Assembly: GCA_045110495.1 (NCBI GenBank)
Contig: JBGCGE010000010.1
Span: 2,392 to 66,391, forward strand
DNA length: 64,000 nucleotides
Direction of reading: 5' to 3'
Source of the DNA: Gammaproteobacteria bacterium
Lineage (GTDB): Bacteria > Pseudomonadota > Gammaproteobacteria > CAJXQU01
Shown: positions 22,024-31,791 of the stretch, in pieces
How positions within the stretch are numbered: position 1 is the stretch's first letter
Layout of the letters: each line of letters starts with the position of its first letter
Made by a program: the position numbers and the translations under genes
The notes under the pieces: generated by a model
What the model was told of the DNA's origin: nothing
The model's input: the letters and a program-made list of their open reading frames with translations, nothing else
Database searches by the model: none

Positions 22024-22719
22024 TTATGGTTCAAGTATGAATTGCATTTTGATACCCGCTAATTCCAGAATGTCATTGTCTTCAATGGCGTGAGCTTTAG
22101 GACCAATAGAAGCGCCGTTTACTATAGGATAAAAAGCTTCCCCATCTTTTTTACCTTCGATATAGGAAACAAAGTAACCCTGCGGTCTTTTAGAAATCAC
22201 AGCAACTTGAACACCAGGCTTCCCTAGTGTGATCAAAGCCTTCGTTAAATTTAGTTCGGTGCCAGCTTTTGGACCATTCAGTAAATGTAGAACACCTTTG
22301 GGCATGGCCATCGCGGACGGATTACTTGCTGCCGAGGTAGCTTTAATTTCGTTGGCAGATGCGGGAGGAGAGCTTGTATTTATCGAGGAGTTATTTGTGG
22401 TAGCGACAATCTTTTCCTCTGTTTTAATTTTTTGATCGTCTACGAACTTAAGGTCATGTTTGCCGACACTAATAATGTCTTCATTTTTAAGGATCTGTTT
22501 CTTGACCAATCTTCCATTGACGTATGTGCCGTTAGTGCTACCGAGATCTTCAACAAAGGAACCATCTAAGGTTGTTAGGATGACCGCGTGTATTCCACTG
22601 ATTGCCAGGTTATCGACAGGGATATCATTTTCGTTTTTACGGCCAATCGTCATTCGTTCTTTTGCAAGTTCAAATTCACCTTGTGGTTTGTCGTTTAGAC
22701 TAAGAATTATTTTTGCCAT
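22024..22719 (-). CDS. FHA domain protein with a second FHA-like C-terminal domain
   Basis: IGR..ND...S..HA...DLGSTNGT.VNG. Confidence 0.92.
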   Translation of the reverse strand: MAKIILSLNDKPQGEFELAKERMTIGRKNENDIPVDNLAISGIHAVILTTLDGSFVEDLGSTNGTYVNGRLVKKQILKNEDIISVGKHDLKFVDDQKIKTEEKIVATTNNSSINTSSPPASANEIKATSAASNPSAMAMPKGVLHLLNGPKAGTELNLTKALITLGKPGVQVAVISKRPQGYFVSYIEGKKDGEAFYPIVNGASIGPKAHAIEDNDILELAGIKMQFILEP

Positions 22720-22737
22720 GGCTATAAGCGATAACGT

Positions 22738-23559
22738 TTAACTCGTACCAAAAATTTTATTGTACCAGCTGTTTGACGATGGAAAAGGTATTGTTGGTCG
22801 GCCTAACACAGCAGTTATATTATCTTTGCCCCCACGTTTGTTTGCTAGATCAATTAGTTTTTGAGCTGTCAGGTTCAGATTATCACCATACTTATTCAAA
22901 ATTAATAGAATTTCATCATCACTGACCATATCTGTCAGACCGTCGGTACAAAGTAAAAATAAATCATCCGGAAGTACTGAACCTTCAGATATATCGACAT
23001 TTACAGATTCATTAATTCCTAAAGCTCTAGTAACAAGATTACGTGGTGTTTTAGCTTCCGCTTCTTCTTTTGTATAAAGGCCTCGATCAATTAATTCTTG
23101 AATCAATGAATGATCATTTGTTATTTTTTCAAGCTTTTCGTCTCGTAAGCGATACAGCCGAGAGTCTCCAACGTGAGCCACGGTAAATCGATTGTCGTAG
23201 AGTAATAAGACGACGACCGTTGTGCCCATACCCTCAAATTGAGAATAGTCCTGAGCAGATCGAAAGACTTCATAATTAGCCTCACGAATAGCGGCTTTTG
23301 CGACAAGAGATTCATGGGAAAACTCGTTTTCTTGATCTGGTTCCAAAGATTCTACATTTGGTAGTCGACGTTGGATATGTTTAACAATGGTGGAAATGGC
23401 TACCGCACTCGCAACTTCGCCTGCCGCATACCCACCCATTCCATCAGCAACAATCAACAAGCCATGTTGTGCTTCAATTGCACTGGTATCTTCGTTGTGA
23501 CCACGCCTGCGCCCAACATCAGAGTTACTCGCTAATTCAAGGACTTTAGTTAAATTCAT
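22738..23559 (-). CDS. PP2C (Stp1-type) Ser/Thr phosphatase
   Basis: NED, VADGMGG, GMGTT, HVGDSR, CTDGL, GGKDNIT. Confidence 0.95.
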   Translation of the reverse strand: MNLTKVLELASNSDVGRRRGHNEDTSAIEAQHGLLIVADGMGGYAAGEVASAVAISTIVKHIQRRLPNVESLEPDQENEFSHESLVAKAAIREANYEVFRSAQDYSQFEGMGTTVVVLLLYDNRFTVAHVGDSRLYRLRDEKLEKITNDHSLIQELIDRGLYTKEEAEAKTPRNLVTRALGINESVNVDISEGSVLPDDLFLLCTDGLTDMVSDDEILLILNKYGDNLNLTAQKLIDLANKRGGKDNITAVLGRPTIPFPSSNSWYNKIFGTS

Positions 23560-23562
23560 AAA

Positions 23563-24711
23563 TTATCTGCGCGCACATAGTTTGATTGCTGTTGCCATTT
23601 CAAGGCCAGTTTGAAAACGGTCAACGGGATTTTTTTCCAAAGCTTTGTCGAGTATAGCGACAATTCCCGGATGAGATTTAATCAATTCAGGTTTTATGGA
23701 CAAAATATCACGATGTGGTTCGCTGCTAATCTTATACATTAACATCGCCAGAGATTCACCTTTGAATGGCAGCTCACCGCAAAGTAGTTGAAAAAGCATT
23801 ACGCCAAGTGAAAACAGATCGGAACGCCCATCAATTTTTGATCCTTCTAACTGCTCTGGAGACATATAAGCAGGAGTTCCTAAAATGATACCTGCGTGTG
23901 TTCGGCTGGCATCCACAAAACGGGCGATACCAAAATCGGTCACTTTTATCTTTCTAAGTTCCGGATCAAACATAATATTTGCCGGTTTAAGATCGCGATG
24001 AATGACGTGATTTGCATGGGCATAATCAATGGCTTTTGCTGCTTTGTAAACTATGCCCATAGCCATTGTTGGAGAGAGTAAATTGTCTTTTCGTGTATGT
24101 GGTATTAAATCACCACCGGATAATAATTCCATTGCAATATAGGCAAGGCCTCGCTCTTCACCAACATCATGAATTTTGACAATATTCGGATGGTTAAGTT
24201 GCCCAGCAGTTTCTGCTTCTCGATAAAAACGTTGTTTTACCGACTCAATTTCAGAAGGATCGAATTCATCGGCTAACGGCAAGGTTTTAATCGCAACCCT
24301 GGTATTTTTTTCAAGATCATGAGCTTGATAGACTAGGCCCATAGCGCCTTTTCCTATTTCTTTATCGAGTTGATAATGGCCCAGAATAGAGTTTGATCGG
24401 TGATTTTTTTGTTTAGAGTAAGAAGCTCTTTGTATCGGCAATGTGGTTGATAGTTCAGATGTTGTGTGATCGCTTATAGCCGAAGTTTTTCGCTGGGAGA
24501 CATCAACATTTGTGAGTGTATCGTTGGAATGAACTTTTTTAATGTTATTTCGATTATAAAAAATGTAGATAATTAAAATCATGCCACATACAACGACCGG
24601 TAAAATTAACAAGCTCCAGTGATATTGCAGTGAGAATAACAAGATTTCTACTGCGATCAGAAAGATAATCAGAGTAAAAAGTAACCAAATTTTATCGAGG
24701 TTGAAGTTCAC
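23563..24711 (-). CDS. Membrane-anchored Hanks-type Ser/Thr kinase (start may be 24762)
   Basis: Two N-terminal TM helices; GKGAMG, AIK, HRDLKPAN, DFG, GTPAYMSPEQ. Confidence 0.93.
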   Translation of the reverse strand: MNFNLDKIWLLFTLIIFLIAVEILLFSLQYHWSLLILPVVVCGMILIIYIFYNRNNIKKVHSNDTLTNVDVSQRKTSAISDHTTSELSTTLPIQRASYSKQKNHRSNSILGHYQLDKEIGKGAMGLVYQAHDLEKNTRVAIKTLPLADEFDPSEIESVKQRFYREAETAGQLNHPNIVKIHDVGEERGLAYIAMELLSGGDLIPHTRKDNLLSPTMAMGIVYKAAKAIDYAHANHVIHRDLKPANIMFDPELRKIKVTDFGIARFVDASRTHAGIILGTPAYMSPEQLEGSKIDGRSDLFSLGVMLFQLLCGELPFKGESLAMLMYKISSEPHRDILSIKPELIKSHPGIVAILDKALEKNPVDRFQTGLEMATAIKLCARR

Positions 24712-24818
24712 ACTTTTCCCTGTAATTTGATCATCGCTAAAGTGAACCAGTAAAATCATCAATGCTACACTGATTATTTTCTCTTCGGAAGTATCGGGCT
24801 ATATCTAACATAGAGCAT

Positions 24819-25268
24819 TCAGCTACAGTATTGCTCGACGGCATGTTCAGCCGATTTTACGGCAATGGCATGTTCTTTATCATCAAGTATGACGCGTTCA
24901 CCTTCCTTATCTAATTTGTACAAATAACCCGCGGTTTGATATTGCTGAAAAGATTTTTTTGCTTCAGAGCACTTTTCCTTTTGGGCTATCTTTTCTGCTC
25001 TTGCAGATGCTTTTTTTGAACTTTTTTCCTGACGATCTTCTTTGTAGACTTCTAAAAAGCGATCACGCTTTTGACTGCTCGCTAAATTTTCTTTATGGGA
25101 TTTATGCTGTTGTTGTACCTTAATTTTTTTAGCCGTGTTCTGAGGATGATCACTGTAATGTATATTTCCGTCAGAATCTGTCCACTTGTAGATCTCACCG
25201 CTACATAAGATATTGGAAACTAAGAGTAGAAGTATGCTGGTGAAAATTTCAGTTAGTATTTTTTGCAT
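24819..25268 (-). CDS. DUF4124 secreted protein
   Basis: Signal peptide, then IYKWTDSDGNIHYSDHP; ATG 25268 has a GAGG RBS. Confidence 0.87.
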   Translation of the reverse strand: MQKILTEIFTSILLLLVSNILCSGEIYKWTDSDGNIHYSDHPQNTAKKIKVQQQHKSHKENLASSQKRDRFLEVYKEDRQEKSSKKASARAEKIAQKEKCSEAKKSFQQYQTAGYLYKLDKEGERVILDDKEHAIAVKSAEHAVEQYCS

Positions 25269-26700
25269 TTGTATTAACCTCTTCGAACGCAACCTTGGTC
25301 GTTTTACAGACCAAAATAAATTGTTTGTGAATTTGAGTTGTAATGGGAGAACTATTACTGCCTTCAAAATAGAAAATACCGATTGGTTTTTCATGCACAA
25401 AAAGTGAGAAAGCGATAAAGTCATGATTACGAATATCTACTGCTAAATTTTCAGGTAATAACGAGTCATATTTTTTTCTGTTTTCGGAATTAATATAAAT
25501 AGAACCTGGTTTTTTTATTAAGGATTTGTAAATATTATTTTTATCAAGAGATATTAAAATTGATTTTTTTTGTTTAGAAAAATTTGCAGAATAACGTGAT
25601 TTTAAAACTGACTTATTTCTATCCAGTAAAAAAAATACGATCGGGTTTTTACCAGAAATTTCAGAAACAAGCTCAAAACTTAAATCCAGAATATCGTGAG
25701 CTGATGCTTTATTTTCACCTGGTAATGACAGTTTTTTTAACTTAGTCTGGAATTTTGATACGGTTTTTTTCTTTGGAACTGTTGTCGTTTTTTTTGCAAC
25801 CTTTTTGATCTCATCACGTTCAGTGTTAAGTAAGCGACATGCGGTGGGCTTAACTGGGTAAAAAGTAGTTTCTCGCGCAGCAATAACCGCATTACGATGA
25901 GTTAGCTTGATCAGTACATCTTCTGGTAGATCTAAAATTGATGATGAATGACTGAATAAGTCCTCAATTGGCTTTGAATACCATCCGTTCTCTGAAAGAC
26001 TCGCTACACTATTTGCGAATCTAACAACATTAACGAGCCGGATTGCATCGGTACTTTGATCCAGGCTTTCTTGTAGAAAATCAGAAAAGTGCCACTGTTT
26101 TGCCAAGGATTTTCCTACTTCAGGTAGCAGGGTATTTTGTGAGTTTGATTTGATCAATTCTGACATTTTATCTGGAGCGTAGAACCAAAGGCTAGCCAAA
26201 TAGAGGTGACTCATTTGTGCTGTAATAAAAGCGGTTTCGGTAGAAGATTTGCTGTATTCAATCATCCACGCTTTAGCTTGAATTCCAGCATGATAAGAAC
26301 GTGAAAGTATTTGATGGAACCTGGCTTTAATTACCGTATCTTTTTGATCAGAAACCAAAGGAAGCTCTTTACCGAGGTTAAGCACGTAGGGAATACCTAA
26401 AACGAGTATGGCATGATTTAGTGTTGCCGCTGGTGCTCGTCCACTTTTCGCTAAACCTGTATTCGCGCTGACAAAAATTTTATGTGCATAACATGGATCT
26501 AAACGTAATATTTCTACGATGCGGGGGATTGATGGGCTAGATCTGTTATCGAATTTTTTCAGTTTTTCTAGTGTCTGCTCAAAAATGGGTAAGGGTTTGT
26601 CTTGGATGAGTTTAGTCAGGAATTTGATCTGATCGGAAGGAGCAGAGCTTGCCGTTTTTTTTGTTCGAGATATTTGAAATTTTTCCGCAGCAACGCCCAT
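25249..26700 (-). CDS. HDOD domain protein with C-terminal GAF-like domain
   Basis: LP...DP..A...AN...AI.VLG and VG..LAKQWHF HDOD pattern; C-terminal FSLFVHEKPIGIFY. Confidence 0.75.
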   Translation of the reverse strand: MGVAAEKFQISRTKKTASSAPSDQIKFLTKLIQDKPLPIFEQTLEKLKKFDNRSSPSIPRIVEILRLDPCYAHKIFVSANTGLAKSGRAPAATLNHAILVLGIPYVLNLGKELPLVSDQKDTVIKARFHQILSRSYHAGIQAKAWMIEYSKSSTETAFITAQMSHLYLASLWFYAPDKMSELIKSNSQNTLLPEVGKSLAKQWHFSDFLQESLDQSTDAIRLVNVVRFANSVASLSENGWYSKPIEDLFSHSSSILDLPEDVLIKLTHRNAVIAARETTFYPVKPTACRLLNTERDEIKKVAKKTTTVPKKKTVSKFQTKLKKLSLPGENKASAHDILDLSFELVSEISGKNPIVFFLLDRNKSVLKSRYSANFSKQKKSILISLDKNNIYKSLIKKPGSIYINSENRKKYDSLLPENLAVDIRNHDFIAFSLFVHEKPIGIFYFEGSNSSPITTQIHKQFILVCKTTKVAFEEVNTNAKNTN

Positions 26701-26757
26701 TTGAGATCCTTTCCGTAGTGTGACGAAACAGGGACAGACAAACTTTAGATATTGAAG

Positions 26758-26784
26758 TTATCGGTAACCCTTTGAACTAATTTA
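26758..26784 (-). promoter_or_regulatory. sigma28 (FliA)-type promoter, proximal
   Basis: Minus strand TAAA-N15-ACCGATAA. Confidence 0.6.
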
Positions 26785-26817
26785 GATCAATGTTAGATCC
26801 AAGTAAATATATCTAGG

Positions 26818-26844
26818 TTATCGGTCAAAAAGAGGCAAACTTGA
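26818..26844 (-). promoter_or_regulatory. sigma28 (FliA)-type promoter, distal
   Basis: Minus strand TCAAGTTT-N11-ACCGATAA. Confidence 0.7.
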
Positions 26845-26858
26845 TTAGAAAATTAAAG

Positions 26859-26885
26859 TATAGCCTGACCGGAAGTCAGGCTATA
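26859..26885 (-). terminator. Intrinsic terminator after amtB
   Basis: TATAGCCTGAC-CGGAA-GTCAGGCTATA, perfect 11-bp stem just past the stop codon. Confidence 0.75.
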
Positions 26886-26901
26886 AAGTAGATGAGTTTG
26901 G

Positions 26902-28191
26902 TTAAATAATATAACCACGTTCTTCGTGTTCAGATATATCTAGTCCATCAGATTCCTGTTCTGGGGTGACACGAATACCAATTATTGCATCAAGGACTTT
27001 TAGCAAAATCCAGGTGATTGCACCGGACCAAACCAGAGTCGCAATAGCCCCTAATGCTTGAACACCAACTTGAGAAAACATAGTCATGCCCTCAGCATAC
27101 CCAACTCCACCTAGCTCTTTGGCAACAAAGACACCGGCTAAAAGCGTACCGAGTATACCGCCAACACCATGAACTGGAAAAACGTCTAAGGAGTCGTCTA
27201 TCTCCAACTTACGTTTGATAAACTGTGTTGAGTAATAACAGACAATACCAGCACTGATACCAATGATTAGTGCACCTGTGGGACCTACAAAACCTGATGC
27301 TGGCGTTATTGTGCCTAATCCTGCAACCATCCCAGTGATAATACCGAGTGCGCTGGGTTTACCATATTTGATCCACTCAATAGCAATCCAGGTTAATGCA
27401 CCGGCGGATGAAGATATATGAGTGACTAACATTGCCATCCCGGCATCTCCATTGGCTGCAAGCGCACTACCGGCATTAAAACCAAACCAGCCAACCCAAA
27501 GCATGCCTGCTCCAGTAATAGCTAATGTCATATTGTGAGGAGGCATAGCTTTTGTAGGGAAGCCTTTACGTTTGCCTAAAACAATTGCAGCAACGAGCGC
27601 GGCTACCCCGGCATTCACATGAACAACGGTTCCGCCAGCAAAATCAAGGAGACCCTTTTGAGCCAACCAGCCTCCCCCCCAAACCCAATGACAAACGGGT
27701 GCATAAACGAGTAACAACCAGGCTGCGCTAAAGATAAGTACTGCTGAAAACTTCATGCGCTCAGCAAAACCACCGACGATTAAAGCGGGGGTAATGATTG
27801 CAAAAGTCATTTGAAACATCAGAAAAACACTTTCAGGAATATCGCCACTCATGGAGTTCCAACCGACGCCTTCGAGCATAATCTTGCCACTGCCCATATA
27901 AGCATTCATGGTTTCAGATTCCCCGAATGCAATGCCATAACCAGCGACCATCCATAACAATGAGGCCAGGCAAGCAATTGCAAAGCACTGCATTAAGACC
28001 GACAAGACGTTTTTACTTCGAACGAGGCCGCTGTAAAACAAAGCAAGTCCTGGCAATGTCATAAACAAAACCAATGCTGTTGAGGTAAGTACCCAAGCTG
28101 TATTAGCGGAATTTAGCTCGTCGGCGAAGCATAAACTGGGTACAACAAGCATTAAAAAAGAGAGTGTTTTAAAAATTAATTTTGTATTCAT
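26902..28191 (-). CDS. amtB: Ammonium transporter
   Basis: FQMTFAIIT, DFAGGTVVH, WFGFNAGS, DDSLDVFPVHG. Confidence 0.97.
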   Translation of the reverse strand: MNTKLIFKTLSFLMLVVPSLCFADELNSANTAWVLTSTALVLFMTLPGLALFYSGLVRSKNVLSVLMQCFAIACLASLLWMVAGYGIAFGESETMNAYMGSGKIMLEGVGWNSMSGDIPESVFLMFQMTFAIITPALIVGGFAERMKFSAVLIFSAAWLLLVYAPVCHWVWGGGWLAQKGLLDFAGGTVVHVNAGVAALVAAIVLGKRKGFPTKAMPPHNMTLAITGAGMLWVGWFGFNAGSALAANGDAGMAMLVTHISSSAGALTWIAIEWIKYGKPSALGIITGMVAGLGTITPASGFVGPTGALIIGISAGIVCYYSTQFIKRKLEIDDSLDVFPVHGVGGILGTLLAGVFVAKELGGVGYAEGMTMFSQVGVQALGAIATLVWSGAITWILLKVLDAIIGIRVTPEQESDGLDISEHEERGYII

Positions 28192-28225
28192 TTACCAAAC
28201 CAAAAAGTTATTATTTTTATTGAGT

Positions 28226-28576
<351 letters not shown>

Positions 28577-28812
28577 TTAATATATTATCTCAGTCGGCAA
28601 TGGTCATTGTCTACTATTGAGTTTTTATCAATCTATTTTGAGCAAAATTGCTGTTAATGTCTAATGAATTTAGAAGGAGGGAGTAAAAGTTGACTTCCAT
28701 TCTATAGAATACATTTAAGATTTTCTGGAGCTAAGTATTGTCTGCCTGAGCTGAATGCGAAATTATAGTTAGAATTTAGTTACTAAATCAATAATATTTC
28801 GATGATCAAATT

Positions 28813-29136
28813 TTATCGCTCCAGCATATCGCGTTTATCCTTGATATCTTTCCAATCGTCCGCATCGGCTGGGGCTTCTTTGGCTTCATTGATCACTGGC
28901 CACTCTTTAGAGAGTTCCTCGTTGAGTGCAATGAAGGGTATTTCTGCATCAGTGAGATCGTCCTCAGATTTTATGGCATCGACCGGACATTCCGGCTCGC
29001 ACAACGTACAGTCAATACACTCATCGGGATCTATGACTAGCATGTTTGGACCTTCGTGGAAGCAGTCTACAGGACAGACTTCAACACAATCGGTGTATTT
29101 GCATTTAATGCATTCTTCAGTTATTACAAATGTCAT
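28813..29136 (-). CDS. fdxA: 7Fe ferredoxin I
   Basis: [26 protein letters not shown]...[12 protein letters not shown]. Confidence 0.95.
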   Translation of the reverse strand: MTFVITEECIKCKYTDCVEVCPVDCFHEGPNMLVIDPDECIDCTLCEPECPVDAIKSEDDLTDAEIPFIALNEELSKEWPVINEAKEAPADADDWKDIKDKRDMLER

Positions 29137-29320
29137 TTGACGATTTACCTGCCAGATCAAAAAAACGGCATTATAACGTTGATTGCACACTATTTTCGAC
29201 AATAATTTCAAAATTTACACTTATAAGCATATAAGTTGATTTAGAACACAAGCTACTTTGTCTGAACAAAAAATATCCTGATAGACTCTAATTTGAATCC
29301 TGAAATGCGAAATAGATAAA

Positions 29321-30019
29321 ATGAATAATGAATTATCTTCCAAAAATGACTCGCAATATTGGTCAAGTTTTTGGAAAGAACGTTGGCAAAAAAACGAAAC
29401 TGGATTCCATCAAGAAGAGATCAACAAAAATCTTACCTCTTGGTGGCGAAAATTAAAGATCCAACCAGGTACTCAGGTTTTTGTCCCACTGTGTGGGAAG
29501 AGCAATGATATGTTGTGGCTGCTCCAACAAGGTCACAAAGTCTTAGGAATTGAACTCAGTAATAAAGCTGTGGAGGAATTCTTCATTGAAAACCAACTTG
29601 AGCCTGAGGTTACTGAAAAGCATACAAAGAATGGATCATTTATGAGCTACAGACTTTCTGATATCACTATACTTTGTGGCGATATTTTTTCGCTGACAAG
29701 CACTGATCTAAAAGAGGTATCCGCAGTTTATGATCGCGCATCATTAATCGCTTTGCCACCTGAATTAAGAAAGCAATATAGCGATCACTTAAAAGAAGTT
29801 TTGCCTCTAGACGCGCAAACACTGTTGGTTACCTTGGAATATCCTCAACAAGAAATGAGCGGCCCTCCTTTCTCTGTATCTGATCAAGAAATAAAAGACT
29901 TGTATGGCAGCAAGTACCAGATAGAAAAACTAAACGAACAAGAAATTTTGCAAGAAAATGATCGGTTTAAACAAAGGGGTTTAACGAGTTTGAAAGAGAC
30001 GGTTTACCGGCTATATTAA
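29321..30019 (+). CDS. tpm: Thiopurine S-methyltransferase (Se/Te methylation family)
   Basis: W..RW...GFH, VFVPLCGKS.DM, YDRASLIALP, GPPFSV. Confidence 0.93.
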   Translation: MNNELSSKNDSQYWSSFWKERWQKNETGFHQEEINKNLTSWWRKLKIQPGTQVFVPLCGKSNDMLWLLQQGHKVLGIELSNKAVEEFFIENQLEPEVTEKHTKNGSFMSYRLSDITILCGDIFSLTSTDLKEVSAVYDRASLIALPPELRKQYSDHLKEVLPLDAQTLLVTLEYPQQEMSGPPFSVSDQEIKDLYGSKYQIEKLNEQEILQENDRFKQRGLTSLKETVYRLY

Positions 30020-30251
30020 AAAACAGTTTCAAATCAGAAGCCGCAATTTATCTGGATCTGCGAGTGAAAAATAATATCGCTACAAACTATAGGGTTATTA
30101 CGTAGATTCAAATATTCAATATTTAGTTAGAATGCGCAAAAGCAGGTTAAGGATATGAAACTAAAGTCTACATGTTGATAGATACTATCCTAATTTAATT
30201 TAAAAAATGATCAGAATAATATTTATTTGATAACTAAGCGGGGTATTAAAA

Positions 30252-30887
30252 ATGGGTTTATTTAGCAGGAAGAAAAAGGAACCAAGCATACAGAAAATGG
30301 ATTTACTTGGTGTGAGTGGTCAGACAGCGACACTGTCATGTCTAATACTTGCTGGCCTTAAAGAAGTCTCATTACAGACTACATTTGATACGACAGATGC
30401 AAAAGCGGTTAATACATCAAGTTATCAGAAAATATCTTCCTCTGAGAGCACACCTACACTTACACATGGCGAATTTTCAACATCAGGCGTGCGTGCAATC
30501 CAGTCATATATTGACTTTAGAGGGAAAGGCAACTCATTAAATCCTAAAAAAGCTCGATTACTAGGTGAGCAAAATTCCTGGTTGGATATCTGTTATCAAA
30601 CAATCGGTCCGGTTTTGCACGAACTCGCTGATGGAAACACCAGTGAAGAAGGTAAAGCATCTTGCGCTGCATTTCTTTCAAACATTAATAATGCACTAGA
30701 AAAGAATTCTTATATTTTAGGACAACTGTCATTTACTGATCCAAATATTGCGGCATTTATCATTGCTTTAAAAAAACACGGAGTAGATACAGCCTCATAT
30801 TCGAACATTGAAGCCTGGCTTAGTCGGCTAATGGAGCAAATGTCAGATGATTCGAAAGCTAATTACTCAGCAATGCTGTCGGCATAA
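30252..30887 (+). CDS. Divergent glutathione S-transferase-fold protein A
   Basis: cis-Pro loop TPTL, AI.SYI, N-capping SFTD, W..R. Confidence 0.7.
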   Translation: MGLFSRKKKEPSIQKMDLLGVSGQTATLSCLILAGLKEVSLQTTFDTTDAKAVNTSSYQKISSSESTPTLTHGEFSTSGVRAIQSYIDFRGKGNSLNPKKARLLGEQNSWLDICYQTIGPVLHELADGNTSEEGKASCAAFLSNINNALEKNSYILGQLSFTDPNIAAFIIALKKHGVDTASYSNIEAWLSRLMEQMSDDSKANYSAMLSA

Positions 30888-30923
30888 TTAACAAAACAAC
30901 AAAAATTAAGAGGTACAAACAAG

Positions 30924-31712
30924 ATGGACTTATTTGATCAACGTGCGCCTGTTGGGCTTGCTGAAGGGGAAACTCAAGGTGGATCCGGCGACATGAAAAA
31001 AAATCAATATGTGTTGCAGTTATTGGGAACACCCTGGAATGCAGATACCTTAACATGCATCCTTACCGCTGCGGAGCAAGGGATGGAAATGGAAAGTGGG
31101 TTTTTGAACACACTCGAAGGTGAACAAAATTCACCAGACTATAAGGGGATTTTCGAATTCGGTACTTATCCAAGTATAAAAGAAAATGATTATTTTCTGG
31201 CGGGAGCAACGGGTGTTACTTCATTCATCAATGCGAGAGGACTTGGTAATTCACTTGTTCCTAAAAATGTCGAGAAAGCTGCGGAACATGCTTACTGGAT
31301 AGATGTGGCGATTACTGAAGTTCAACCGAATGTTGATGTGATTGTGCAAGAACAACTTGTCGGGCCAATGTTTGATTCTGGATACGCATCAAATGAAGCA
31401 TCTTTGTCAGAAGCAAAGACACAACTTGCGTCATCACTTGCCATGCTTGAAAAACAAGTTGGTGGCAAAGACTGCATTTTAGATAAATATTCTGTTGCAG
31501 ATGTACATTGGGTTACTGCTATTCACTTGTTATCACTGGCAGATGATAGTGCTGATTTATTGAATAATTATCCTGGAGTTCAACGTTGGTATAAATCCCA
31601 CGAAAGTCGTAAAGGCAATAGTGGTCATGTACCTAATCCTTTCTCTTTATTACCTGGTGTCGATGACATCCGCAACAAGAAACTTTCAAGTGTGAAGATT
31701 TCTGATTTCTAA
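30924..31712 (+). CDS. Divergent glutathione S-transferase-fold protein B
   Basis: EQNSPDY..GTYP, N-capping SVAD, YPGVQRW. Confidence 0.75.
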   Translation: MDLFDQRAPVGLAEGETQGGSGDMKKNQYVLQLLGTPWNADTLTCILTAAEQGMEMESGFLNTLEGEQNSPDYKGIFEFGTYPSIKENDYFLAGATGVTSFINARGLGNSLVPKNVEKAAEHAYWIDVAITEVQPNVDVIVQEQLVGPMFDSGYASNEASLSEAKTQLASSLAMLEKQVGGKDCILDKYSVADVHWVTAIHLLSLADDSADLLNNYPGVQRWYKSHESRKGNSGHVPNPFSLLPGVDDIRNKKLSSVKISDF

Positions 31713-31731
31713 TTTGATAGTCAACAGTTTA

Positions 31732-31759
31732 TCGACTATTTGCGAAAGCTTATAGTCGA
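31732..31759. terminator. Hairpin between convergent genes
   Basis: TCGACTAT...ATAGTCGA inverted repeat. Confidence 0.45.
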
Positions 31760-31791
31760 GAAACATTTCTGAATGATATTTTATTTCAGGC

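Noticed and set aside
28802-29140. 112-aa plus-strand ORF opposite fdxA
   Set aside because: Antisense shadow of the ferredoxin gene.
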